Assembly: GCF_041146345.1 (NCBI RefSeq)
Contig: NW_027191413.1
Coordinates: 620,001 to 684,000 of the forward strand
Origin: Neodothiora populina
Taxonomy: Eukaryota
Length of the DNA stretch: 64,000 nucleotides
Direction of reading: 5' to 3'
Part shown: positions 1 through 11,885 of the stretch, in pieces
Layout: each line of letters opens with the position of its first letter
Position numbering within the stretch: the stretch's first letter is position 1
Notes under the pieces: generated by a model
Told to the model about the DNA's origin: nothing
Seen by the model: only the letters and a program-made list of their open reading frames with translations
Databases searched by the model: none
Position numbers and translations under genes: made by a program

Positions 1-303
1 TTTCATGAGCACCCTCTCAGTTGTCAGAGAAGAATATTGATAGACTCTCTCGCCCTTAGCTTTGAGGTCCCTCTTCGCGATCTCAACAGCGCTAATCAGC
101 TTGTTAGCTGCCGCGGACCGAGCGTGGAGACTCGCAACAGCCGCCTTGTCTCCTTCTGAGGGTTGAGACAAGTGTCTGATCAAGGCTCCTGTGCGGCTTG
201 CGACAGAATTTGACGAGATCACTCCCAGGCGAAGGAGGTCATACTTTTGGTCTAGACCAGATTCAAGTTGTGTTTTCTGAGCAGTCTTGTTATTTTCAGT
301 CAT
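1..303 (-). CDS. Alba-like DNA/RNA-binding domain protein (5' part; runs off the window)
   Basis: Manual translation from ATG 303: MTENNKTAQK...KYDLLRLGVISSNSVASR...VASLHARSAAANKLISAVEIAKRDL...VYQYSSL. The KLISxVEIAKR...YQY pattern is typical of fungal Alba-fold proteins. Open to the window edge. Confidence 0.6.
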   Translation of the reverse strand, partial: MTENNKTAQKTQLESGLDQKYDLLRLGVISSNSVASRTGALIRHLSQPSEGDKAAVASLHARSAAANKLISAVEIAKRDLKAKGERVYQYSSLTTERVLMK

Positions 304-1749
304 GACTTCGAGATTAGAGGCAATGCTCGTTTTGTAAATGCTTGACGATAAGAAGATCAGGTCGACTAGAAGACTAGACGCATCACTGCTTGACTTTCAG
401 GGTATTTTGTCAGTTCATTCATCATGAGTGTTATGCATGAATTATAGAATTATAGGAACTTGAGCAGTAGTTCACGCTAACTTGAGTTCGACTGACTCGT
501 GCATTGGGTAGCGGATATGGACGCATCACGTGACATAGTATATCGGCTCGATTGGGCTTGTCATCGAAAATCAAATTGAGTGACATATGTGCTAAGATTG
601 TCACAAAAAGCCTATTGCGATGGTCAGACATTGTAGAGACCGAGGCATGAGGGCAAGTCGGCACTTCCCAAAAAACAATAATCTATTGCAGTGAGAAGAA
701 TGCGAGCTCGTTGCACCCACGTTTGACGCTTGACGTGGCGACAACTAAAGCTGAAGCCGTCTTCCCCGGACGCACTACTGAGCTGCTGGCACCGGCAAAC
801 CCAGGGCGAGGGTAAGGGTAAAGTCTGAAGCATACCACAAACCAGATATGCATCATTTAGTCTGGATTATATAGTTCGCCAGACAGGGTCTACTTGATGC
901 ATTCGCTGGCATTGAAATGCGCCTATAGCGTCAGTGTGGCAGCTAAGCATGTATAAAGCACTAAATACGGATGTCGACAGAGGAATCCAGTGTCCGATTT
1001 CAACCATACAAAGTATAGCTGTGTAGCAATCATGAGAAGATGCAATATGCAGCCTTGCCTGTAGAATGCACGCCAATAGGAACAGGCAAACCCCATATCC
1101 GGGTGGATGCGCAAGTCAGGGATGGGGTGCGGGTGATGCGTCAGGACTGCATCGATTGATTATCGTATCACTCCTAAATTGGCAACGCCCCCCTTGGCGG
1201 CCGCGTCGGGACCGTTCCCATTCCCTCCTGGACATTCACCACTTTCAACCTTCACCTGCCGTGTTCCTAGTTCCCCTATAATTCTGCCTCCGATATCGTT
1301 TTTGTATTGCTGGTAGCCGATTGTTCTTTCCACACTGCGACAACGATACGCTGTTGACTGGCACTCTGAAGCGGCAAAGCCAAGCTTCCCTTTCCATTGC
1401 TTTCTAAAGCATCAGAACCGTGCCGGTGTTGCCTTTTCATTCCCACAGATTTCTAATCGCCGTCCTTGTCGACCTTGCGCGACATCACGCCTTCACGACA
1501 CCATTATTCGTTTTTAATACTTCTACCACTCCACCACGGAGCTTAATACTTTCTCGCAACACTCATTTGACAGCCACTCCTGGTGTTTGGTTTTGTCTCG
1601 ACTTTGCTTGTGCCATCAGGTTTTCTCCGTGCTTAACTCCACGATTACCTCATTTTCCACTTGCAGCGCAAGCTGGAGGTCCACACAGCCTGCGCAAACC
1701 AGTAGATGACTTTATAAGGATCTTTGCGTGAAGATTGCTCTTAAGTATC

Positions 1750-3897
1750 ATGCAAGGTTTATTCAGACGGGCATGGTGTCACGATCAAAGCGACAAGAAA
1801 GAAAAGGCGTTGTTGTCAAATTCCACAATGCGACCATCATCCCTACTCCACGTCACACCCTTGCTCAAAATGAAGCGCAAGCGCAGTGAAAGTCCTGGAG
1901 AAGACGACGCTTCTCTCATGCAACGCGATAGCAAGAGATCAAAACTGTCAAATCTAGGACGACAGACACCGATACAATCTCAAGACACTAGTCCTCATAC
2001 TCAGTCGAATGCAGCATACATAGGCAGATCAGTTGCTAACAGTCTGGAGAGACCTGCTGGTGGTGTGACTAATCCACAGAAAGCGAATGTCTCCGATGAT
2101 CAGTACTCAGATGGAGACAGGAAGCCTTTGGACACAGAGTCGAAACCTTCATCGATAGATTCTGTGCATCCGCCACATACTAAAGCAGATGACTCTACTG
2201 CAACTCAACCACAACAATCCGAACTCTGCCAGATCATTGAGCACCAGTTCAATCTCGAAATATTGCTCAAGCATCGTGAATTGAGACTAATAGAGCAAGA
2301 ACTTGCCAAATGCCAGGTCGCTTTGGAACAATTACGCAGATGCGAAGTTGTACCCTACCCTGGATCCACCGGGTTATCACAAGCAATCTCCGATGGAGTA
2401 GGACCCTCGATCAAAGCACAGGCTGGATTCACTCAGCCACAAGCACCCGCACCTTGGGGGGTTACGGATGGTCCATATACGAGGCATTATGCCAGATGGC
2501 TGCTCAATGATCCTACTTTCGATTCTATGTCAATTCACCCAGCGCAATCTACTACAGACAACTTTCAAGCCGTCACCGAAGGCCGCTCGACTCGCAATAG
2601 CACAGTGTCCTCCAGCAGAACCAACAAACATCGACCATCGCGAGATTCTGTTGGCAATCTGAATCATGCGTTGCCCAACTATCCCACGCAAGTACGCGGA
2701 AAGGGCGGTCCTCTAGTCATCAAGCGTATAGCAGACAAGAAATTCGTAAAGTTGATTTGCAACAATTGTCAAAGAGGCGATTTCTCCAGCGTACAGGGGT
2801 TCCTGAACCATTGTCGGATTGCTCACAAAGTCGACTACAAGAGCCATGAAGCTGCTGCTACAGATTGTGGGCGCCTCTTGGATGAAGATGAGATGCATCT
2901 GATCCCTCAAACGGCTGCTAATGTTACCCCCGCGCCGAAGGCAGCTCATCAACGCGCTCCTGCACCCGCAGCGCAAGTTCTCGACCCACCATCTGTTCAT
3001 CCCTTGAACATGCAGATTGTGCCGCACTATACGTGGAAAGTACAAGCAGCAGCAGCCCGGGCGGCGGCAGCTCGAAACATGGAGGCCGGTGTCAACGAAG
3101 ATGCGTCGATACCCAGCCGCCAAACACCAAAAGCACGTAATCGCTCTGGAAGCGATGTAGCTCGCGGTGCCGCCAACGCATCTGCGTTCCATTCGAGCCC
3201 TCTTGTGGCGTCTTCTTCTACCCCTTATCTGTCTAGTCAATTTGTCAGACGTGGTTTTGGAGGCAATCTTGCTGCGGTCACTACCAAAGCACGTGAGAAG
3301 GTCGACCTCGGCGTCGAGTCACCAGATGAGGAAGGTGTTCCTGCAGGCACTTCTCGCAAGCAGTCCGTATCCAGAGCACCATCGACCGCGCCTGGCGCAC
3401 GACTTGTACAGACCTCAACGAGTTCAAGTATGAGTCGTTCGCACAGCCAGAAAGGCCAGCATGCCCCTCATTCGCGCCCCCGCCCAGCACCTCTTGCGCC
3501 CCCTTCTTCTCATGCGACTTCTCTCCGCAGCCGTGATTATGGGGCCGAGGTACCGGAATCTCCGTTTGATTCACACCTCTCTCCGCATACCGCAGACAGC
3601 AATCCTGGCCTGGTCTCAGACCACGAGGACGATGATGGGGTTTCTGATCTCGATGAAGCTCGTTCAGAACGCCACGCATCTCCCGATGAACCAATAACAC
3701 AGCTGAGCAGCATGAGGAGAGGCATGGGGGCGTGTGGCGAAGCTATGGATGTGGACGTGGAGTTTGAGGACGACGCAGATGGTCACCATGAAGTACTCAT
3801 ACGACCTCGCGGATTAGCCTTTCAGGAGTTTTCGCAGCGATCTGCTGGAAGCACTAGTGCTAGACCCGTCAGTCGTTTTGGCGAGGCTGCGAAGTAG
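1750..3897 (+). CDS. AHC1: ADA histone acetyltransferase complex component Ahc1-like protein with C2H2-type zinc finger
   Basis: QFNLEILLKHRELRLIEQELAKCQVALEQLRR coiled coil, DGPYTRHYARWL, CxxC-RGDFSSVQGFLNHCRIAH...SHEAAA..CG. Exact start ATG uncertain. Confidence 0.75.
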   Translation: MQGLFRRAWCHDQSDKKEKALLSNSTMRPSSLLHVTPLLKMKRKRSESPGEDDASLMQRDSKRSKLSNLGRQTPIQSQDTSPHTQSNAAYIGRSVANSLERPAGGVTNPQKANVSDDQYSDGDRKPLDTESKPSSIDSVHPPHTKADDSTATQPQQSELCQIIEHQFNLEILLKHRELRLIEQELAKCQVALEQLRRCEVVPYPGSTGLSQAISDGVGPSIKAQAGFTQPQAPAPWGVTDGPYTRHYARWLLNDPTFDSMSIHPAQSTTDNFQAVTEGRSTRNSTVSSSRTNKHRPSRDSVGNLNHALPNYPTQVRGKGGPLVIKRIADKKFVKLICNNCQRGDFSSVQGFLNHCRIAHKVDYKSHEAAATDCGRLLDEDEMHLIPQTAANVTPAPKAAHQRAPAPAAQVLDPPSVHPLNMQIVPHYTWKVQAAAARAAAARNMEAGVNEDASIPSRQTPKARNRSGSDVARGAANASAFHSSPLVASSSTPYLSSQFVRRGFGGNLAAVTTKAREKVDLGVESPDEEGVPAGTSRKQSVSRAPSTAPGARLVQTSTSSSMSRSHSQKGQHAPHSRPRPAPLAPPSSHATSLRSRDYGAEVPESPFDSHLSPHTADSNPGLVSDHEDDDGVSDLDEARSERHASPDEPITQLSSMRRGMGACGEAMDVDVEFEDDADGHHEVLIRPRGLAFQEFSQRSAGSTSARPVSRFGEAAK

Positions 3898-4506
3898 ATG
3901 AGGAGACCAAGCGAATCGTGGGATGGTACAGGCTTTGGAGTGCATTAAATTTCCTAATAATGGGATACTGTCATTGTAAACTTGGGGGAACGCTTCGGGG
4001 GGTTTGGGGGAACTTTGGCTTGGGCGGGAAAGGGGCGAACAACTTCAGGTGTCTTATGTTGCTTTCGTTCTTCAGGTTGCCAACCATTATGGACGACGAC
4101 TTTTCTTCACTATTGATGAAATAAATTAGACCACTACCACTACTGTAACTGCTACTAAGCCTACTCCACTTTCCATCGTCTCTGTTCTTGATTTGCTTTT
4201 TCTTCTTGTCGAGCTGTGACTATCTCGTCTCGTTCGATCTGATCTTGGAACGTTCAGTGCTAATCTAAAAGAAAAGGAATACCAGAAGAAGAAGAGAGTG
4301 GTCTTGATTTATGTCGTATATATAGCTTCAAAAAATTTGGTCTAAAGGTCTGTACAAATTACCAGACGATCATGTCTCTCGAGCCTTTCCTGACATCCAT
4401 GGATAAACAGCCCGACAACGCCAACAATATGTACAACTTGTTTCTTTTCCTCGTCTAGCTAGCAATAAGTGCGGGCCCGGCGGGAGTCCCCACAAGCATA
4501 CTGCCA

Positions 4507-4782
4507 TCACCGATCGGTCGTCGTGTCCCAAAATCCAGCGTCTTCGTCTTCGTCCTCATCCAAGTCTTGGGTCGCAGGTTCAAGTTTCGCATCACAGGCG
4601 TTTAGGTCGTCTTTCTCTGGCAGGTTGGTAGTGCTGCTGCTGCTGCTGGACGGAGAAGAGGCTATGTGATGGCTTTTGGGGCCTGTGTCTTCGTTTGCGG
4701 TCGCGCTAGTCCGATCGCTAGCACTGTCGAGGAGAAGATCCGTCTTCGTGGCAGAGAGATGCTTACGCTCGTGGAATCTCTG

Positions 4783-4813
<31 letters not shown>

Positions 4814-7389
4814 AGCTGGCGCTGGTAATCAGCAACAAGGTCATCCTCAAGCAACAGCCCGGCGTCGACGTCGACTTTCCGGAGTGCGGTCCAAGTGACG
4901 TCGGAGCCTCGGAAGCCTTCGTCTCTCATGCGTTTGAAGGCGTCCAGAGCCCCGTCGTGGTCTCGGATGCCTACGTAGCCTCCGACGAGAGAGTTCCATG
5001 TGACTTGGTTCGGGGACATGCCTTCTGCGCGCATCATGTTCAGAGTCTGCTCCGCCAGGTCGATTTTCTTGTGTTTGGCGAAGCCGTGCAGGAGGATAGA
5101 CCAGGACTGGATGGTTGGAGGTTGACGCTTTGTAAGCCGCTCGGTTGAGTCGGAGTTGCTTGTATCGTGGGAATCGTTGTTGTCGCGAAGGGATGGGAGA
5201 GACGTCTGCATATCCTGAACCACTTCGGCTGCGTAGGATAAACCACTAGGGTGGGCAGTGAAGGCGACCAGAAAGGCATTGGAAAGGAAATCCGCCTGAG
5301 TGAATTGAACCCATGGTTCTACACCACGCTCAGCGAGGTAGCGGATATGTTTGTAGAGGGCGTGTTGTTTGTACAGAGTGGCTGCTGCCCCTAGTCGATG
5401 AGCCGAGTGATCACGCAGGTAGGCAGATATCATGATCCCCAGGGCTTGGACAGGTGGCTGGAGGAGGCCGGTGCTTGGGGGGTTGCGGTCGCTAGAAGGA
5501 AGGATCCTTATACGAGAAAGAGGAGTGGGGTCGAAGAGCTGAGTGAATGCTTCAGCGACTGTAGCGAAGGCGGTATCCGGGCTGCGGTCGAAGTGGTGGA
5601 GGTATAGACAGTGTAGTACCTCGATGGCGACGACGGGGTTCTCCATGATGTTGATGTCGGCGATTGCTTGGCGGATGATTGCATTCAGAGTTTCCGAGTC
5701 TTGAATGCTTTGTTTGCAACCCTTGAGCAAGATGGCATGAGTATACTTGTCCCCCTGCAAGCCGCTGTCAACAAGGGAATGAAAAACATTAAAGGCAGAT
5801 TTCAAATCTCCGCTTTCGACGGCGTTTAGCATGACCACATTGCAATGCTGCACGTTCAGCTTGACGCCTAGATCTGCTAGATTCTGGATGATCCGTAGAC
5901 TGAGCCGTAGACCGTCTGGCTGGACGCTGGCTCTGCGCAGGATGGTAGTACAAGTGCTCTCGAATGCAGGAGAGTTGAGATCAGCGCCAGCATTCGCGGC
6001 AAGAAGCAGAGCATCCAATGCTTGCTCGAGAGAATCTTGTCTGGCTAGATAAGAGGCCAGATGCAGCAAAGTGTTGTAGTGTACCTGCACTCGATGGCGT
6101 ACGATAGTCTGGAATATCGACAGGATCTGCTCGCTAGAGCAATAGGGCAGCAGGAGGCGGATAACGCTGCCGTTGAGAATCATTGGCTGTGGACCAGGGC
6201 GATCCATGACAGCACACATGACCTGAACAAGCTCGTCGACGGCAGATTGCGATGGCGCATGCTTGGAGGTGGCATAATGCGTAGCCATAAACTGGAAACA
6301 ATCGTTGAGCCAGGCAGCAGGGAGATGTGGCTGCCTGTGTGTGCGCAGAAGAAATGCTGGTACGAGGTGTGGCGAATTGCGCATCAGATAGAACAGAGCA
6401 TGAAGGCAGACGTTGTACCAGGACAAGCCAAAACGCACCTCGATCTGCTCGACATCGGGACCATCCGGCTCCCATTCTAGAATGCAGCGAACATATTCAG
6501 CATCCTTAGCTCGAGAAGCGGAACTGGATGGGTGTCTGAAAGTCGACTTCCCAAGCGCACTATTGTTCAAGCGCGCGAACTCGAGGTTCCATTTCAGAAA
6601 TGGCTCATGAATGCGGTAGCCAAACTCATACGCGTGGTCTTGCGAGCCCGATTCCTTTCGCAGTCTGACAGGACGACCAACCTGGACGTATTTGGGTGGG
6701 ATGGGGTTTTTGGAACTGAGAGCGTTGGTGAGAGCGTATCGCCGCATCCTAGCCATCACTTCTGCCCTTCTATCATTACGACTGCGTTTTGTTTCAGCGT
6801 CATGGGGTGAAGACTGCGGTTGCCTGTTGATAGGTTGATCTGATTCCTTTGGAGCAAGGAAGCCAAAGTCTGTCCGTGTCGATGTAGAGGGTCCGTCTTG
6901 CTCGCGTGACACACTACTCTCTCGATCTTTGCCCTGTCTAGCGGCCTTTGAATCCTGCCTCTTCTGGTAGTCCTCACCGTGGTGATCGACAAGCGATGTG
7001 TTGAGGTCGGTAAAGGCGTGTTCGTACCAGTCCTGTGCCAACCGACTGCGACTACTGCTCGATCTTGAGACATGACTGTCTCTCTGACTGTATAACTCTC
7101 GCTTGGTGCGAGGTAGTGAGGGATTGGATCCAGCGCGGCTGCCTCTCCGATGCTTGCTCCTCGACTCTTGTGCATCATGGATGGGTGCCTCATACAGCTG
7201 ATGTTCAGTATCGGATTGTGATGGTGCAGCAGCGGGACTCGGCCGACGCGCAGACACAGCGAGATGACGGCGAGAAGGCTTCTGTCGAGCAAATGGCCAT
7301 GGTTGGAAGACTCTGGGCGCCAGGAATGGGAGGATGGGTAGTTCAGCTTCGGCCACAAGCCTGACTTTCGGGATGCGACATGATGGCAT
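4507..7389 (-). CDS. Pentatricopeptide repeat (PPR) protein, probably mitochondrial
   Basis: 960-aa ORF with PPR motifs (HCNVVMLNAVESGDLKSAFNVFHSLVDSG; SWSILLHGFAKHKKIDLAEQTLNMMRAEGMSPNQVTWNSLVGGY), basic N-terminus and polyQ near the C-terminus. Confidence 0.85.
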
Positions 7390-7835
7390 AAGCGGGCATT
7401 TACTGTCCGAGTTTCTCTGCCTTGTATGTGTGCTTCTTGCGAGGTTGACTTGCGAGGTTGACTAGTTGGATGTGCCAGGAATCACAGTCGGGATATGTAC
7501 AGTGGAAATTATACGTCTTGACGTGCCTTCCTCAGTTGTCTGTACCTCATGATTTTTTGGGGGAAGTTGCGGAGGAGAAGCGGAGTTTGGTCTGTTTGCA
7601 TCCTCCCATCCTACTAATCTCCTCATAGCACAACTATCCACTGTACACTGCTTATCCTCAAGACTTGATTCACAGACCACACGTATAGGCAGATCTACTC
7701 TCACTTCTTCGCTAGTCGCTCGTACCTCACCTTAGCACGTCTCGAGAAGCGCGTACACCATCCACCGTCAAAGAGGAAGAGAGAACACGAATAACATAAA
7801 ATCCCCATACCACCACCACAACCGCCGCTACCACA

Positions 7836-8534
7836 ATGTCCTCAGGCGGCCTAGCAAACGCTGCCGAAGATCGCAAAGCGCGACTCGCCGCCCTCAAGTC
7901 TCTGAAGCGCAAGCAGCCCGAACCAGACGCAACCACAGACCAAGACGCCGACTCCTCTCTACCAGCGCCCAGATCACCACGACATGACACGAACGACGAC
8001 AACGACGCAGCAGCGGCAGCGGCCAAATCAGTGACATCAACATACCTGTCAGGGCGCAATTACGACGCGGAGACGCGCGCCCCGAAGTTCGGCTTCGAGC
8101 ACAACCCGGCTTCGTCGACAGAGACCCTCGAGGCCAAAGCACTGGAGTTGTCCGAAGCCACACGTCTTCAGGCGGAGAAAGATGCGCTGGAAGAGTCGAA
8201 GCCCCTGGACTTGTTCAAGCTGCAACCGAAGAAGCCCAATTGGGACTTGAAGAGAGATCTGGATCGGAAACTGGACGTCCTGAACGTCAGGACGGAGAAC
8301 GCCATCGCGAGACTCGTGAGAGAAAGGATTGCTGCTCAGCAGGCTGCTAAGAGGAAAGAGAGCGCTGGCACTGCTACTACTGCTACGGCGAACGGCAATG
8401 GAGACAAGGAGAAGGATGAGCTGGGTATGGACGGTGCATCATTTGTCGAGGCCACTCGGGAACGAGAACGTGAAGACGAGGAGGATGCGAGGAGAGACAA
8501 AGTCTTGGATGAGGAGCTGGAGAATGGCAGCTGA
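7836..8534 (+). CDS. cwf18: Pre-mRNA splicing factor Cwf18 (CCDC12 family)
   Basis: RKARLAALKSLKRK, LSGRNYD, LDLFKLQPKKPNWDLKRDL...RTENAIARLVRERI motifs. Confidence 0.9.
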   Translation: MSSGGLANAAEDRKARLAALKSLKRKQPEPDATTDQDADSSLPAPRSPRHDTNDDNDAAAAAAKSVTSTYLSGRNYDAETRAPKFGFEHNPASSTETLEAKALELSEATRLQAEKDALEESKPLDLFKLQPKKPNWDLKRDLDRKLDVLNVRTENAIARLVRERIAAQQAAKRKESAGTATTATANGNGDKEKDELGMDGASFVEATREREREDEEDARRDKVLDEELENGS

Positions 8535-9238
8535 GGACATGAAATTTGAGTACAGGAAGATTCTTCCCTTGCTCTTCTCTAGCCCCCTTCCTCCCACCTA
8601 CCATCCAAGACAAAGCCTCTTGCGTCGAGTCATGGAGGCTCTGGGCGCATCAGCACTTGACGCTGCATCGCTGATTGGACATATTCCTGTCCTGTTGCAC
8701 TGCTCGACAATACCTGCAAAACACCTGCAAGAGAGCTAACCTGAGCAAGCAAACGCATAATTAGCTTGTCTGATGCATTAGACACAAGGGTGCGGAGACA
8801 AGCACCCCCATCGAGCGCATTGCAGAGGAATTCGGGATGACTGAAGGATGAAATTCATGTTGACTGGATATTATACTTTCCACTCACCATAAGAGTGAGA
8901 AAAGCGAAGCAAAGCAAAGTGAAAACTGCCTCATGTCGAGAGCGATAGACAGACTCAGCGACTAGTGTCGCCAACGGACCGCGAGAACGAGCAATGTCTA
9001 AAAGTGAAAAGGAAAGAATAAAGGATAACACAAACAAAGAACAAAAACCACGTGAATTATGAACAGCAAGAGGTATCTTGACGCGAGAAATCCAAAAGAA
9101 GCCGCTCCTCCTGAGACCTGGAAAACCCATCGAGTGCAAATCAAGTAGAACACAAAGGGAAAAAGAAATTATCAGTGAAGAAAAAATGCACACCTCGTCA
9201 ATTGCCTTGACTCGTCTGTGCTTCAATGCCCCCGAGCA

Positions 9239-11885
9239 TCAAGACAGGATCCAAGCCAGAAGCGCCCCAGATGCGATAGCATCAACAGCGAGAACGGCAA
9301 GCGCGATCAGTCTAGCAGTCCACGGCACAGTAGCACCTCCGGTCACACCAGTGGAAGACATGGACGCTACTCCTGAGATTGCGAATAACAGACTCGACAC
9401 GACCGCAAAGATAATCCCGGCATCGACCTCCTGGTATTGCTTCTTGCGACCAGTCAGGGCCAGGAGATACCCTACCACCATTATTGCTAGAGATGCTCCC
9501 AGACACGTCGCGGCCACAGGCGGGAGCCAGAGAGGGCTCCGCTTGTTGTGCTTGGTGTCGAAGGTTCCGTCCGTTTGTTCGATTGCACCATAGGATTGGC
9601 GAAAGTTGGGACGATTCGACAAGGTTTGGGCCTCCTCGTCCGAGGAGCTCATTGCGTCGTCGCGCTGAAGAAGGGGTTGTCGGCCCGATGCTCGCCTGCC
9701 TTTGAAGATCTCACGAAGGCTGCGCCAGGTCTGCGTGAAGCCCGACTCTGCGTTTGGATCTATAAAGAGCACATATGCACCGTCTTCGTCGTCGTCCGAC
9801 GGATTGTCGTATTCACTCCAGTATTTCTGCCTCTGAGCTTCCGGTGGTGCGTAGGCTTGGCTTCTCTTTTTCCTGAATGAGCTCAGACGAGGACTTTGTA
9901 ACTCATCAACAATACTTATGCGACCAGCGTTGGATTGATCTTCCACTGCTGTCGTGTCGCCATGACCAGACTCTGATGTGTTCGAGGCAGACATGTTGGG
10001 CGTCGTAGCTTGTGAGCCGAAATTTGAGTATACGCCATGATCACGTTTGCCCCAACCCACGGATTTGGGCAGTTTGCGAATCTCCTTCTCCAACAACGGA
10101 ATCTAAAATAGTCAGCCTCTAAATGTCATTTTGCTTGTTCAAGATTGATGGACATACCCAGAACGGTGGGACTGTATTCTCCGGTTTGTGGCATTGCCAC
10201 ACGGCGTGGTATTCCAACGAGAAGCCACGCACACGCTCCACGAGATGGCTGTTGTCCAGGACCCGTAGGAGGTTGCTCGCATGTGTTCCCTCTTGATGTA
10301 CTCGGAGGACGGCGAATGGAAACTTGTCAGCATGGGAGCTGTTAGTCATGCTGTCAATCGTGTCGAGGTCGTTCAACGCGCTCTCCTTCATGCTGATCGA
10401 TTTGTCCAGAGTCGACAGAAGGAATCCGCTGGAGTCAGCTGCGATATCCGTGAAGCGTTGCCGACTGGAAGTAATGGTGACCAGGGGCTGATATTTGGGA
10501 TTGCTCGAGAACCAAGACCGTAATTCTTCGATTTGCTTCGACGACTCTTCCGTATTCGAAGCTTTGCGAGCAGGGATGCTTGATTCCGGGTTCAGGGCTG
10601 CAGCAAGGTATTTACGTTTGACCATAGATTCAACGACACCAGTATTTTCCGCGCCGGCTTCGGTCTGTCTAGCAATAATGGCTTCATCCTCCTGAGTCCA
10701 TCTTGCCGCTACATTGGCGTTTTGAAGTCGCACTCCTGCGTTGTTCTCTCTGGCTTCGAGAGTTGTCGAGCTTTGTTTCTGCACGAAGTCGGTTTGATCG
10801 TCGATTACCAGAAGCCCAGTATCGTATTCCGCGCTGGTGGAACCTCTCCTGCTCGACGTCGAATTGATTTGACTGTTATTTCGAGATGCAGTACCTATAG
10901 GCGTGCTTGATACCGACTGCCTTCTCACCGCATGAGAACGAGTGTGCTGGAGCAGGAGTACCTGGAGTTCGACGACGTTGTCCGGGTGCACCCAGTACGC
11001 TGCGTTCCTGCCGCCATCACCAAGAGGTAATGTGGCGAAGAATGTGTCAAACTTGGTATGGGAACTAGACTGCACCACCTCGCGAAACTCGGCCACTGCT
11101 TTTCGTAGACTGAGGGACTGCTGTTGCGGTTTTGAATTGATCAATGACGTCGTTGCTAGCGACCCTCTCATGCGCTCTTCATACAGAATCCTCACGGCAT
11201 CCAGTATCTCTTCCCATTCTATGAGCAATGGTTCGAGATCGACCTTGGTAAAACTGCCGGAGTCTCCGAGGACTTCTTTATTGAAGCTAAGCTCAAGTCC
11301 GGAAGACCTTGTCCATTTTTTGTGTTTCTTGATCAGTTTCCGGAAGGCAGTCTGTTGTGCGGTGATGAACCTCGATAAAGATCGCAACTCCTCGCCGGCT
11401 CTGTTTCATGTTAGCCACAAGCTTATAAGACATGTCCCGGCAGTACATACTTGAGAACATCACTCTCCAGTCTTCCGTATCTTTCTAGACGTTTTGCCGT
11501 GATGCGGGTCTGCGATTGGCTTCCTCGGGAGCGTAGTTCTTTTGTCTGCTTGTCGAGATGATCAAGTCTCCTCTTGATTTCCCCAGTCTTACTCCACACA
11601 AAGAGATTGATTCTCTTGTGTTGCTGACAGAGAATATCGAAGAGAGCATGTTCTATCTCCTGTCCCCGAGTGTCGCCAGTCCCAGGTATAGATATGGTTG
11701 AGCCATTGCCGGGTGTGGTGTTTTCCTTGATGAAGTGCTTTATCTCGTCGTAGTCGATGTTGTCTATGTAGTAAAAAAGAAATGGGTCAGTGTCGCCAAT
11801 GCGTGAATGAATTGTTCGAATTGCATCGCTTACGATGTGCCCATGCAGGTATAGAGTGCGCTCGCAGAGAGGCGCCGTACTTCAT
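9239..11885 (-). CDS. SPX-domain / VTC-like membrane protein, 4 exons
   Basis: Starts MKYGASLRAHSIPAWAHHNIDYDEIKHFIKE (SPX N-terminus), then Q.TAFRKLIKKHKKW, YWVHPDNVVELQVLLLQH, VRGFSLEYHA and three C-terminal hydrophobic helices. Introns 11764-11833, 11401-11450, 10103-10157 (GT..AG). Confidence 0.8.
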
